A stretch of DNA of 64,000 nucleotides. Source: Octopus bimaculoides. Taxonomy: Eukaryota. A program made the position numbers and the translations under genes. The stretch spans positions 30,319,093 to 30,383,092 of the forward strand of contig NC_069001.1 in the NCBI RefSeq assembly GCF_001194135.2, written 5' to 3'. How positions within the stretch are numbered: position 1 is the stretch's first letter; every line of letters starts with the position of its first letter. Below the pieces are notes generated by a model. It was not told where the DNA came from and searched no databases. It worked only from the letters and a program-made list of their open reading frames with translations. Positions 1 through 11,039 of this stretch are shown here, one piece after another.

Positions 1-105
1 TAAATATTCAACCAGGATGTGTAAAGTGTAGATACAATACATTAAAGAATTGGAAGAGGTCTCTTCCCGATTTCAGACATGACACATGAGGATGTCAGTG
101 TAAAT

Positions 106-407
106 CAAAGGTTCTCAACTGGGGTCCATATAAGAAGTTGGAGTCTCTACGTATGTGATACAATACATTGGTTGAGCCATGGTGATTTTTCAGGGACTAT
201 GAAAAGATTGTGCTTAAGACCAGTAAAGTTTATGTGCAATAAACTTGTTATTCATTCACAATGCACAAAATATTTTATGCAAGTTCTAATAATATTTGAT
301 TATATAAATACAGTAGTATTTTATAAACATCGAATGGCGATGGGATCCTATGAATTAAAATAGAAATCAGCGGAGGTCATAGGCAAAAAAATGTTTGAGA
401 AGCCATA
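106..407. mobile_element. Degenerate hAT-type MITE
   Basis: Ends CAAAGGTTCTCAAC (106-119) and GTTTGAGAAGCCATA (393-407) are imperfect inverted repeats resembling the CAGTGGTTCTCAA termini of hAT/Charlie MITEs; no clear TSD. Confidence 0.45.
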
Positions 408-552
408 AACAATGAACCAAATAAGTATGATTGGAAAAGTTTAAATTCAGAACCACTGCAAACTGATGCTACAGTATATCCGAACATCCCAATGTATTTG
501 CAGCATCCGAAAAGTGTCATTCTTTAGATTCTAATAAATGACACTTTTCGGA

Positions 553-917
553 TAGGGGGTGATCCTCAACTATTTTTGTTTACTTATGGACTCGTTTGAT
601 TACTGTTTTATTTCCGTGGATTCCCATGGTCATTCTATGTTTAAAAACTACTTCTGTAAATACTGTTTTCAAAATTCCTTTTATATCTTTCATTCATTCG
701 CTTGTGAATGTTTTGAATATCACTCTATTATGGAATATGTTTTAGTGTCTGGAAACATGTTGAACTGTGTGAAGCATGAATGAAAGGAAATTAGCTGTTT
801 CTTGCAATAAATACACCTTGAACTTCTTTTTTCATGGACACTTAAAATAATATGGTGGATCCTCAATATACTATTTTTCGTGTGTGGCTTCAATGGACCA
901 CCATTTGGGAACCGGTG
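553..917. mobile_element. Possible second degenerate hAT-type MITE
   Basis: Left end GTGATCCTCAACTATTTT and right end CCATTTGGGAACCGGTG resemble the same terminal class; heavily decayed. Confidence 0.3.
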
Positions 918-1039
918 TTTCGAACAGAATTCCTGTACAAGGTAGCAGTAGATAATTAATGTTGCTATTACTATTTTATATTCACTGACTAATAGATAAA
1001 CATGCAGGTATATATCTCTCTATTCATATGTGTGTAGTA

Positions 1040-1431
1040 GAGGTGCAATGGCCTAGTGGTTAGGGTAGCGGACTCGCGGTCATAGTTTCGCGGTTTCGAT
1101 TCCCAGACCGGCGTTGTGAGTGTTTATTGAGCGAAAATACCTAAAGCTCCAGGAGGCTCCGGCATGGGATTGTAGTAAACCCAGCTGTACTTTTCCACCA
1201 CAACTTTCTCTCACTCTTACTTCCTGTTTCTGTTGTGCCAGTAATTCAAAGGGTCAGCCTTGTCACACTGTGTCACGCTGAATATCCCCGAGAACTACGT
1301 TAAGGATACACGTTAAGGATACACGTGTCTGCTCAGCCACTTGCACGTTAATTTCACGAGCAGGCTGTTCCGTTGATCGGATCAACTGGAACCCTCGACG
1401 TCGTAAGCGACGGAGTGCCAACAACCAACAA
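1040..1431 (+). mobile_element. tRNA-derived SINE, family C, full length
   Basis: Box A TGGCCTAGTGG (1049-1059) and box B GGTTTCGATTCCC (1092-1104). Body matches the inverted copy at 24322-24652 and the 3' half of 61500-61822. Internal 13-bp tandem duplication ACGTTAAGGATAC. Confidence 0.85.
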
Positions 1432-2299
1432 TTCATATGTCTGTGTGTGTGTGTGTGTGTGTGTATGCGGGATTTTGTGTACGTTTGTGTGTCCCTTATT
1501 TCGTAAATGTTTGGGAAGGTGTCATAAATGTATAGTCTTGTTCGTACTCAGTTCTTAATTTAATTAGATAGTCAAGTTATGTACATTGATAATATCTTAA
1601 AACTGCCCGTTTTCTGTGTATTACATGGTTTCGTTTAAATTTATATTATTTATTTGTTTATTTCTATCATATCTTTCACCTGGCTCCTGACTGACTTGCA
1701 GTATCTGAAATTACCAATTTAATTTCCGACGTTCTCTTGTATCACAAGCAATAAATATATCTTGACGTTGATGTATTCCATCAAATGAACACATATCCAG
1801 CTAAAGATATTGCCTTTTACTTAATCGCTTTAACTCTTTACATTAGCAAGGAAATCTCACTGTAACATCTTAAATGAGATAAGAAAGATTAGATAAAAAT
1901 AATCTTCTATAAGACTTTAAAAAACAAGAGCCAGATATAATAACGGATAAAATGCTTTTAATCGTACAACTCTTCATTCAAAGTTGAGCGTTTAATGAAA
2001 GCAAGTACAGCAACAGCAAAATTGATTGTAACGAAGCATTATACAACTGCGGAGACATTACCTAAATGCTTCATCTTCTTACAAATAAATGTCAAACCTC
2101 ACTCATACCATAGAGAACACATCTAAAATAAGGAAATGACATAATATATAATGGAAGGATACAGAATACGCTGTCTAACGTTAATTGACGTGGCTGTCAT
2201 GCGCTTAATTCTAGTCAGTATAATCACACTTTACTCTAGGTAAACCACTATTAAATTAACGAGAATAGATTTACATAGGAAACAACGAAGCATTAACTA

Positions 2300-2456
2300 G
2301 GTGTAGGTGTGGTTAGGTGGAACGAAGGTTTCTTCGCAAATATGTGGTTTCCGGTTCGGTCCCACTGTGTGGTACATTGGGCGAATGTCTTCTACTCTAA
2401 CCTCGGGGTGACCAAAGCTTTGTGAGTGAATTTAGTAGACGGAAACTGAAAGAAAT

Positions 2457-2460
<4 letters not shown>
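2300..2460 (+). mobile_element. tRNA-derived SINE, family A, 5' half
   Basis: GGTTCGGTCCCACTGTGTGGTACATTGGGCGAATGTCTTCTAC...GACGGAAACTGAAAGAA matches the copies at 42750 and 60740; ends in (TC)n(TA)n at 2461-2520. Confidence 0.75.
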
Positions 2461-2520
<60 letters not shown>

Positions 2521-2589
2521 AGAGAGAGAAAGAGAAAGTGTCTTTCAGTTTATAAAGGATATTTTACATTTATACGACGGCTACGAAAT

Positions 2590-2971
2590 TCCAACTCATA
2601 CCCTCCAGATACAGGTTTCAGTACTCTCACACTAACCTAAACGGCCCACTAACCGTTTTGATCGTCTCGAGAAATATGAAAACATTTTTAAAACTTTGTG
2701 TAGGCCTCTGAGCAGGTATTCGCCAAGCTTTTGGCAAAATTTGATGCAGATTGCCTGCTCAACTTTATCTGTCATGATCAACGCGAGAATCACACGCTGC
2801 ACGCCTTTCTTCCAAGTACTGTTAACAGAGGAAGTGTGGGAGAACGTTAAAACTTAGTGCGCATGAACAGCAGAGTCGAAGGTCAGTTTGTGCCAAACGG
2901 CTTTACTCTCCATGCTTTAACATCTGATACTAATTTAACAGTCCGGATACCAATTGATCAGACCACCTATA
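2590..2971 (-). mobile_element. mariner-like DNA transposon 5' remnant
   Basis: The right end reads on the minus strand TATAGGTGGTCTGATCAATTGGTATCCGGACT, typical of a mariner TIR with TA. Internal CAAAATTTGATGCAG is typical of mariner 5' UTRs. No transposase frame recognised. Confidence 0.5.
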
Positions 2972-4212
2972 CATAACTATATCTCTACAAATAACATCAT
3001 CAATTTGAAAAGAAATTGTTATCTTTCTCCCTGTTTCTCCTATATTTGTACGTGTGGTTATATGATTCTATAGCGTTCATTACCTCTTTTGTCTCAGTCA
3101 GTCTGAGATATCCTATCATTTCTCTTTTTTGCCATAATATTTCCTCGGCTTTACATCTCTTCCTTTAACTGAAATCCTGTTTTACTGGCGTCAGAGATAT
3201 TAGCGGTACGTAAATATAAGTGCCTTAATATAAAAGACACTAAACGAAGTCCTAAAAGTGCAAGAAGATTCATTTTTTTCACTGTTTAAATTACTATCTT
3301 AACACGGTTTGTTATATGTGTGCATCCACCTGTCGTCACGCATACACTCTTTTGTAAAAACAAATTACATAAGACAAACTAAGCTAGAAAACATTGTAAA
3401 CATAATTATCAATATATTTTCTCATAAATTTCATAAATAATTATGACGGTAACGAGATAGTCATTCACTCCTACCTCAAAAGGAACAAAAAATAGTTTTA
3501 AAAAAGAAAACAAGGGGCTCTTAATAACAGTAGTTTTAAATACCAGATACAAACCCAAACCATCCAGTTTTCTATATCAAAGAACGATAACACCAATTCA
3601 TTTTGTTAGTAAGTTTATTTCTTCAGGTAGTTTTATTCAACATTTATTTCATCTTTGTTGTTATTCTTATAATAATTTTATTTGTTGATAATGTTGTTTC
3701 TGCTGTGTTTTTAATGTTCTAATTATTACTTTGGTTGCTTTGATTGTTGTTCATTATTTCCGGTTATCTTTTACAATTTTTGAAGTAACAGTTGTTAATA
3801 TTATATTCTAATTTGAACTGTAAATAATTATTTGTTATATTATTTATACGTCTTATTATATTTGTGGTATACAGATATATCTTGAAGCAACTCTTGTTTG
3901 TTTAGATTATTTGTATATTCTGTTTTTAACGTAAATTGTACTCGGCGTGTTTAGTTTGTTTTTATCCTGTTGAGCGATGAAACAAGCAAGCTACGGTTGA
4001 CAATCTTTCGCGTTCAGACAAAAAGAACGAAAAAAAAAAGTAATTTATTATTCACTTCGTTTACAACGGTACAAATTTATTTTAGAACAGCTAGCATGCT
4101 GACGTGTATTAAATTATATACTAGCGACAGTCAGAATTCTTGATGATAGAACGATAGAGGATACTTTAATAATTATACTTAACTATGTATGTTAGTGTAT
4201 ATATTTGTTTCC

Positions 4213-4244
<32 letters not shown>

Positions 4245-4830
4245 NNNNNNNNNNNNNNNNNNNNNNNNNNNNNNNNNNNNNNNNNNNNNNNNNNNNNNNN
4301 NNNNNNNNNNNNNNNNNNNNNNNNNNNNNNNNNNNNNNNNNNNNNNNNNNNNNNNNNNNNNNNNNNNNNNNNNNNNNNNNNNNNNNNNNNNNNNNNNNNN
4401 NNNNNNNNNNNNNNNNNNNNNNNNNNNNNNNNNNNNNNNNNNNNNNNNNNNNNNNNNNNNNNNNNNNNNNNNNNNNNNNNNNNNNNNNNNNNNNNNNNNN
4501 NNNNNNNNNNNNNNNNNNNNNNNNNNNNNNNNNNNNNNNNNNNNNNNNNNNNNNNNNNNNNNNNNNNNNNNNNNNNNNNNNNNNNNNNNNNNNNNNNNNN
4601 NNNNNNNNNNNNNNNNNNNNNNNNNNNNNNNNNNNNNNNNNNNNNNNNNNNNNNNNNNNNNNNNNNNNNNNNNNNNNNNNNNNNNNNNNNNNNNNNNNNN
4701 NNNNNNNNNNNNNNNNNNNNNNNNNNNNNNNNNNNNNNNNNNNNNNNNNNNNNNNNNNNNNNNNNNNNNNNNNNNNNNNNNNNNNNNNNNNNNNNNNNNN
4801 NNNNNNNNNNNNNNNNNNNNNNNNNNNNNN
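4245..4830. other. Assembly gap (586 N) between (TA)n and (CT/CTTT)n tracts
   Basis: Run of N in the sequence. Confidence 1.
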
Positions 4831-4869
4831 CTCTCTCTTTCTCTTTCTCTCTCTCTCTGTCTCTCTCTT

Positions 4870-4900
<31 letters not shown>

Positions 4901-5699
4901 CTTTCTTTCTCTCTCTCTCTCTTTCTCTCTCTCTCTTTCTCTCTATCTATCTATATATATATATATATATATATATTAGATCTCTCTATGCAAATATATA
5001 TATATGCATGTATACATAGAAATACATATGAATGAATGTGTGTGTGTTGAGCACACGAGCGTCTGTGTGTGGTGTGTAGGAAACAGCCTTCCATTACAGT
5101 GCAGTTATACAATATTAAGTTCAAGTTTAAACATTTGTATAATGGATTTTTCATATCTCATTATTTGTGCTTTATGTTGAGTGTGTAACAGTAAATTTCC
5201 TAAATCCATTAATCCATTAACCTTTCAAGTAATTTCGTCTCTCATCAAGACATTCATGTCATACTAATAATGACGTGTACATTAGAAGAGGTTGCAAAGT
5301 GCGACGGTTGTTCAGTTAAAACCGAACAAACATACAACGCCGAAACTAAAATTTGTCATGAATGAGTTCTATTTGACTCAAGAAATATTTAGCCTTTAAT
5401 GCATATGAATTGTTGAATTTTTGCTATAATTAAAACCTCCATCTTTATATATATATCTAACATGTATTGAGACTTTTACCTGGAAATTAAGAGCAGCTAC
5501 TTACTAAAAACCGTACAAAAAATACTAGGTGACTCTTAAACAATTTCTTGTACTTGTGTTCTTGTGTGTGTGAAATTTGTATTCAGCCCGACATCTTTAT
5601 ACACAAACATCATAACAAATCTATCGTCAACACACGCTGCTATCTTCTTTAAAATTACCATCCCTTTCTCCGATTCAATGGTTTTTCAGAAGGGCATAA

Positions 5700-5825
5700 A
5701 TTTTGGCAGAAAGGATAAAAGGTAAAGTTAACATTGGCGGTATTTGCACTCAGAACGTAAAGTCGACAATATATAGCTAAACATTTTGCCCGGCGTTGTA
5801 AGGATTCGGCCTGTTCATTGCCCTC
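5700..5825 (-). mobile_element. SINE family B fragment
   Basis: GGATAAAAGGTAAAGTTAACATTGGCGGTATTTGCACTCAGAACGTAAAG is the reverse complement of the family B head and core. Confidence 0.55.
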
Positions 5826-6767
5826 GTAGTATAGAATACATTTATTTCCTAATTGCCCACAGGGGGCTAAACATAAAGGGAACAAACAGTAACAATCGTC
5901 CTAACCACGACTGCTGCATTATGTTGGTAAATAATCTTTACCCTATCCTTAATCCTTGTCCCTTTACGTTATAGCTATCAATGAATACGTTTATAAATAC
6001 ATGTGAATAAGTATAGAATTTTGGCAGTAACGATGATTTTTTTTTATATTAAACCTCGTTAGAATTTGTAAAAACATCAACGGTATACGTTTTATTGAGT
6101 AAAACCATGCGCAAGTTCATACTTCTTATTTCAATTTTCACTTATAAACTTCGTAATTCCGTATGCATCAATCTTTCTATAAATGAAAATGCTAGCTGTT
6201 CATGATTTTTGATTTACATACCTTCTACCGTAAACATATGCACCAATAATTGTTAGAAATATGTTGGTTCTCGTATGTGATGCTCGATGTCGCGTGATCG
6301 AATGTGCATAGGTTTATTACTATTTTCAAATTTATAATCTGGAATATCATGCTGAAGAGTGGAAGTGAAATTTTACAAAATTATAATCCCGAAATGCGTC
6401 CATGAGTAACTAACGACAGGTTCGTTTCGTTATTTTTCTTCTTTTATCTATGTGAGTCACGAATATCGCTATCTGTTGGAGATATAATTGTAGTAGTAGA
6501 ATTAGTATTTTAACTGCTATTTCTAAATTTTCGGTATGTTGGTGAAGCAACTTTTGCTGATCCTTAATTATGTTTATACATACATACATTATATATAAGA
6601 ATTTTGTATAACTATGAACACAGCACAATTCTAACTAAGAGGGTTGCAAAATCTCTTACATGTCTCGAAATAACAGTCAAAACCACGATAAAGCCACTAC
6701 AAACACTCATATTCTATCTCTTTAAAATAAAGCTATGTTTTTTGTGTCAATATGTATCAATAGAAAT

Positions 6768-6828
6768 ATTCTCCTGAAGAGAAGAGTGGAGCCTCTAGGT
6801 TCGTAACTTCGAAATTGCAATAGAGAAT
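6768..6828 (+). ncRNA. Type I hammerhead ribozyme motif with full consensus core
   Basis: Stem I ATTCTC(6768-73)/GAGAAT(6823-28); CTGAAGA (6774-80); stem II GAAG/CTTC capped by GAGCC-tcta-GGTTC; GAAA (6811-14); palindromic stem III ATTGCAAT; predicted cut after AUA at 6822. Folded by eye. Confidence 0.75.
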
Positions 6829-7110
6829 TAACCTTTTATTTTGAAGTTGTGAATTTTGTCATATCGCCCGCCGACAAATTTATTGTAAAGAGATAGTATA
6901 TCAGTGTTCCTGGTGGCTTTGACTGCTATTTCTAGACATGTAAGTGTCTTTGCAACCCTCTCCGTTATAATTCTGATTTATTCATAATTATACACACATC
7001 CTTTCTAAAATCTATGATTACATGTTTGGACATTAATATATTTATGAATAATTATTAATTATAATTATTGTTTATGAAAAATCTTTCGTAATGTATTTTC
7101 ACATACCTTT

Positions 7111-7144
<34 letters not shown>

Positions 7145-8334
7145 TCGAGGTGAGTGGTGACACATTCTTGGCTTTGGGTAAAGGATAATGCAAGAGGATC
7201 ACTTTATTATAATTTTATTCAACATATTCCCCTCTCAGATTCACAAATGTGTCTAAGCCCTGTAAAAGAGCTCGGAATGTTGGCCCTGGAACGAGGACTT
7301 TGGCCAATACCCATAAAGTATAGAATTTTCAGCATTCCCCTGTATATCTGTATAAATGTTTTTTATGTATACATACATATATAGACAAGTGTATATACAA
7401 GTATATATGAAATACCAGAAGTGATACCATGAATACCACCACTTGCAGAACTATTTTCATTTAATAGAGTTTCGGCATTAGTAATTGTGTTTGAGAATAT
7501 GCGAATTATTCTGGCCAACATATTGTGTTTATGGAAATTAGAATAACCAAAAATAAAAGTAGTCTTGAAATTTTACGCTTAGCCAATGCGATTTATAAAG
7601 ACTTAGATATTTCCGTTGCAGTATGACGCCGTTTCTCATTTAGCAATCGTCTTTACAAATCGAATGCTACATAACTACGTTTAGTATGAGAACTAAACAC
7701 TGCTAACACAAGTAATTTGCGTAACAGAATTAACAACCTATTTGTATGTGTTCATTGTTTAAATCGCGCTACATGATTTAGTTATATAAGCGTAACAACA
7801 ATACCTTGAAATACAATTTCTTAATGGCTATGAAATGTAGGGTATTTCATTGTTGTAGCTGTTCAATGAAATAGAAAAGGCGTCGTCTAGACGATTTCTC
7901 TTGAAACTGTCCACAGTGTTTTTGCATATTAAGCAACGCTGACGCCAACGACTGCTTATGTAAGCTGTGAATTTTAGTTATATATTTAACAAATTTTCAA
8001 ACTCAGCCATCACTAAAATCTTCTTGTATTCTACACATAACTTAAGTGTGTGTCTATACATCAGTACGTATCTGTCGATCTATTAAGCTATGAATATCTA
8101 TGTGTATATCTATGAATATCTGTTTATATATATATATACCTATTTATCTTTGAAAATTCTACCTATCTACATTGTGTACATATGTATATATTTATATTTG
8201 TATACATATACACACACATGCACGCTCACCAAATACACACTTGCACATTTGTATCGAAGTATATGCATATCATATTTATACTCGTATATATACATGTATG
8301 TATATGTTTTATGTTTTATCATTTACTCCATTTT

Positions 8335-8500
8335 CTCAATATATTGCGGCCTTGCTGTAGCACCGCCTTGCAAACTTTTAGTCAAAGGGATGAAATCCAG
8401 TAACTTTTTTCATCCGTTACTTTTATGAAACCGCTAAGTTACGGGGGACGTCAATTGGCGGTGGACGACAAACACAAACACATACACACTCATCTATATA
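8335..8500 (-). mobile_element. SINE family A, 3' half
   Basis: TGCGGCCTTGCTGTAGCACCGCCTTG and AACCGCTAAGTTACGGGGGACGT match the family A 3' part at 60770-60900. Confidence 0.65.
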
Positions 8501-8518
8501 TGAATCTCTAGAATAGCA

Positions 8519-8751
8519 AGGCAGCGAGCTGTCAGAATCGTTAGCGCGCCGGACAAAATGCTTAACGGTATTTCGTCTGCTGTTATATTCTGAGTTCAAA
8601 TTCCGCCAAGGTCGACTTTGCCTTTCATCCTTTCGGGGTCGAAAAATCAAGTACCAGTTACGCATTGGGGTCGATGTAATCGACTTAATCTGTTTGTCTG
8701 TCCTTGTTTGTCCCCTCTATGTTTAGCCCCTTGTGAGCAATAAACAAATAA
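8519..8751 (+). mobile_element. SINE family B, full length, tail type 1, with 17-bp TSD
   Basis: Box A-like and box B GAGTTCAAATTCC present; core GGTCGACTTTGCCTTTCATCCTTTCGGGGTCG; flanked by a perfect direct repeat GAATCTCTAGAATAGCA at 8502-8518 and 8752-8768. Confidence 0.92.
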
Positions 8752-9691
8752 GAATCTCTAGAATAGCAGCAAACAAACTATGGTGAAACCATGCCCAGAC
8801 AAACGGACTCTTTCGTCACTCTTCTCAAAATTCCGGTCCTCGTCATTTGATTAGAAAAAATATTAGTAACATAATAAACATTAAGATCATACCGCACGCC
8901 ATTTAGTTTTGCATGTGTCATGCTCATTGACGGTAACGGCGAAGAATGAAGAAGTGATAAAGATAGTGATAAAATATCATGGGAGTAATATGTACAAAAA
9001 CTTGTATCTACCAATTTATTTGAATTCACTGCTGAGACGTCATAATAATTATGAAGAAAAAAAAGCTAAGTTAATCTCTGTATAACCCTCGTGTCAAATG
9101 TCAGTCCCATTCCATTTGCATATTAATTCATAACCATAACAACATTGTGTACTTCTTGACAAAACAACATGCAAATTTAAACATTTACACAAATTTCGCT
9201 TGATATGAACAGACTAATTTTACCCAATAATTCACATTACGATTTATGGAGTGTCATTATAAAAATCGCTCAAAATGGAAGCCGTAATTGTGTAGGAGCG
9301 AATTATAGAGCGGGGTCATAATGTCTCTACTAAATTATTTGTAAAATGACATGTTTTCAAAAACGCTCACCTTTTGTAACTATGTCAACTTCAACCAAGC
9401 GTTCATACAAATTGATTATTCGATTTCTTGTTGCATTTCATAGCTCGTTAGCCTTATTTGAATTTCGCAAAACGATTATAACAAATCCCTTTTTCAAATT
9501 ACATTATTGGGAGTTATCTCAACCAGTATGATTACAGTTTAGCAGTTTCATCGGTTAATGTTTACAGAGTCTTCCCCATACTCTAATTCACAGATTGTCA
9601 TTGAATTATTAGTGTCAGTTAGGAATGTTGTATTTTTCCACATTTATAAACTCGATGTTATTTGTAGTGAATAGACAATATACATACATAG

Positions 9692-9729
<38 letters not shown>

Positions 9730-9803
9730 GTATATATGTATATATATATATATGTCGTTTCTATTTAACGGTATCTCGCCTCTCATTCTGCCTCGCTGTA
9801 TTG

Positions 9804-9861
<58 letters not shown>

Positions 9862-9879
9862 GTAGAGAGAGAGAGAGAG

Positions 9880-10440
9880 AATTTACAAAAGATGAAGATG
9901 GGTGTGTAAACAGCAAACAGATGTATTAGTTGAACGCTCGGGAAGTGAGAAAGTCTTTTGCGTTTCGAGCCTACGTTCTTCGACAGAAAGGAAAGGAAAT
10001 AAACAGGGAGAGAAAATAAGAAAAGGCTTGTTGGTTAGCGATCTATCATGGGGAATGCCGGACAGAGGGGTCTCATAGGAGAGCGAGGAAGAAGGGGGGA
10101 TAATAATGTAGTGGTGATCCCAAAACGAAGGTGCGTGTGTGTGTGTATGTGAGAACAAGTATGTGCGTGTGGAAGAGGGCTGGTGATTTTGACGTGTGTG
10201 CATGTGTAGGTGTGTAGATGATGGTGTAGGTGCTGCGAAGTGGTCAATGGTAGTGTGTGTGCTGGTGTGGCTGATGGGAAGTGATCAGCGCTAGAGTGTG
10301 CGGGGTGGTGTGGTGCTGTGTTGTGTGGTGCTATGTTGTGTGGTGCTGTTTGGGGGTTGGAGGAAGTGAGTTGGAGAAGCAAGGGTGAGCGTCTAAGGAA
10401 TGGTGTGGGGTGAGATGGGATGTATAGGGATCGTGGGGTT
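9880..10440 (-). mobile_element. Penelope-like pseudo-LTR or non-autonomous element (C/A-rich body ending in a hammerhead-like motif)
   Basis: Strongly strand-asymmetric body with a 15-bp tandem repeat x3 (10308-10352). Segment TAGCGATCTATCAT and its flank recur at 47840-47880. Hammerhead-like fold near the 3' end. Family assignment is inference. Confidence 0.45.
9953..9990 (-). ncRNA. Degenerate minimal type I hammerhead-like motif
   Basis: Minus strand reads CTTT CTGTCGA A GAAC GTAG GCTC GAAA CG C A AAAG. Stem I CTTT/AAAG and the overall architecture are intact, but A6 is U, U16.1 is C, and stem II has a mismatch. Confidence 0.4.
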
Positions 10441-10452
10441 AGAATATGTAGG

Positions 10453-10560
10453 GGCGGCTGATGAAGGCTGGAAGGTATATCAGCCGAAACGTTCTGTTAA
10501 CAACAAACAAGATGAGGACAAATATCCGTCAAATGTAAATAATGTAAATTCCCTTCTATT
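10453..10560 (+). ncRNA. Minimal type I hammerhead motif plus Penelope-like tail
   Basis: GGCGG CTGATGA A GGCTGG aaggtata TCAGCC GAAA CG T T CTGTT (10453-10498), followed by a tail shared with 13156-13195. Confidence 0.65.
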
Positions 10561-10649
10561 GTATCACTGTAATCGCAGTTAAATATTTTACACAGAAATC
10601 TGGAATATTAATATACTTATATAAAATTCTTGTTTGTTCTTTAAACAGA

Positions 10650-11035
10650 TCGACTGTTGTGTTTTTTGATGTTACAAAAATCGCGTCTACGGCGATTCCT
10701 TTGTTGTCAGTTCTCGTTCCCCTAATTCCTTTTATTCTTTGGTTACCAGTATTGCATTGAATTCGATTTTATTCTTAGTACTTGATGAACTCGTTTCGGT
10801 TGGTGTCAAAACGTTTCTTTTCGTCAATGAATCGATGCCGCTTTTCATAACGAAAGATTCTTTCCAGTTGCGTTAGGAAGTATTGTTTCAGACGGTCTTT
10901 GATTTCAGATACTTTTCTAGTTGTTGTTCAATGATTCTGAAGTATAGTCAAACTTTTCTGGTTTTCTGCGGTTATTGATTTCATTAAAGATTAACAGTTC
11001 TGACTTTATTTCCTCTTATTTACGCAATGTATTTC
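10650..11035 (-). mobile_element. Possible R4/Dong LINE pre-RT region fragment (pseudogenic)
   Basis: Minus frame RKVSEIKDRLKQYFLTQLERIFRYEKRHRFIDEKKRFDTNRNEFIKY resembles, from memory, the basic region upstream of RT in R4-clade ORFs; weak. Confidence 0.4.
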
Positions 11036-11039
11036 CCAC

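Noticed and set aside
4185-5035. Long ORFs containing X runs (also at 20489 and 48218-49148)
   Set aside because: Artefacts of reading through N gaps.
7240-7330. Possible small exon after CCCCTCTCAG
   Set aside because: No recognisable peptide in any frame and a weak donor; it cannot be supported without RNA data.
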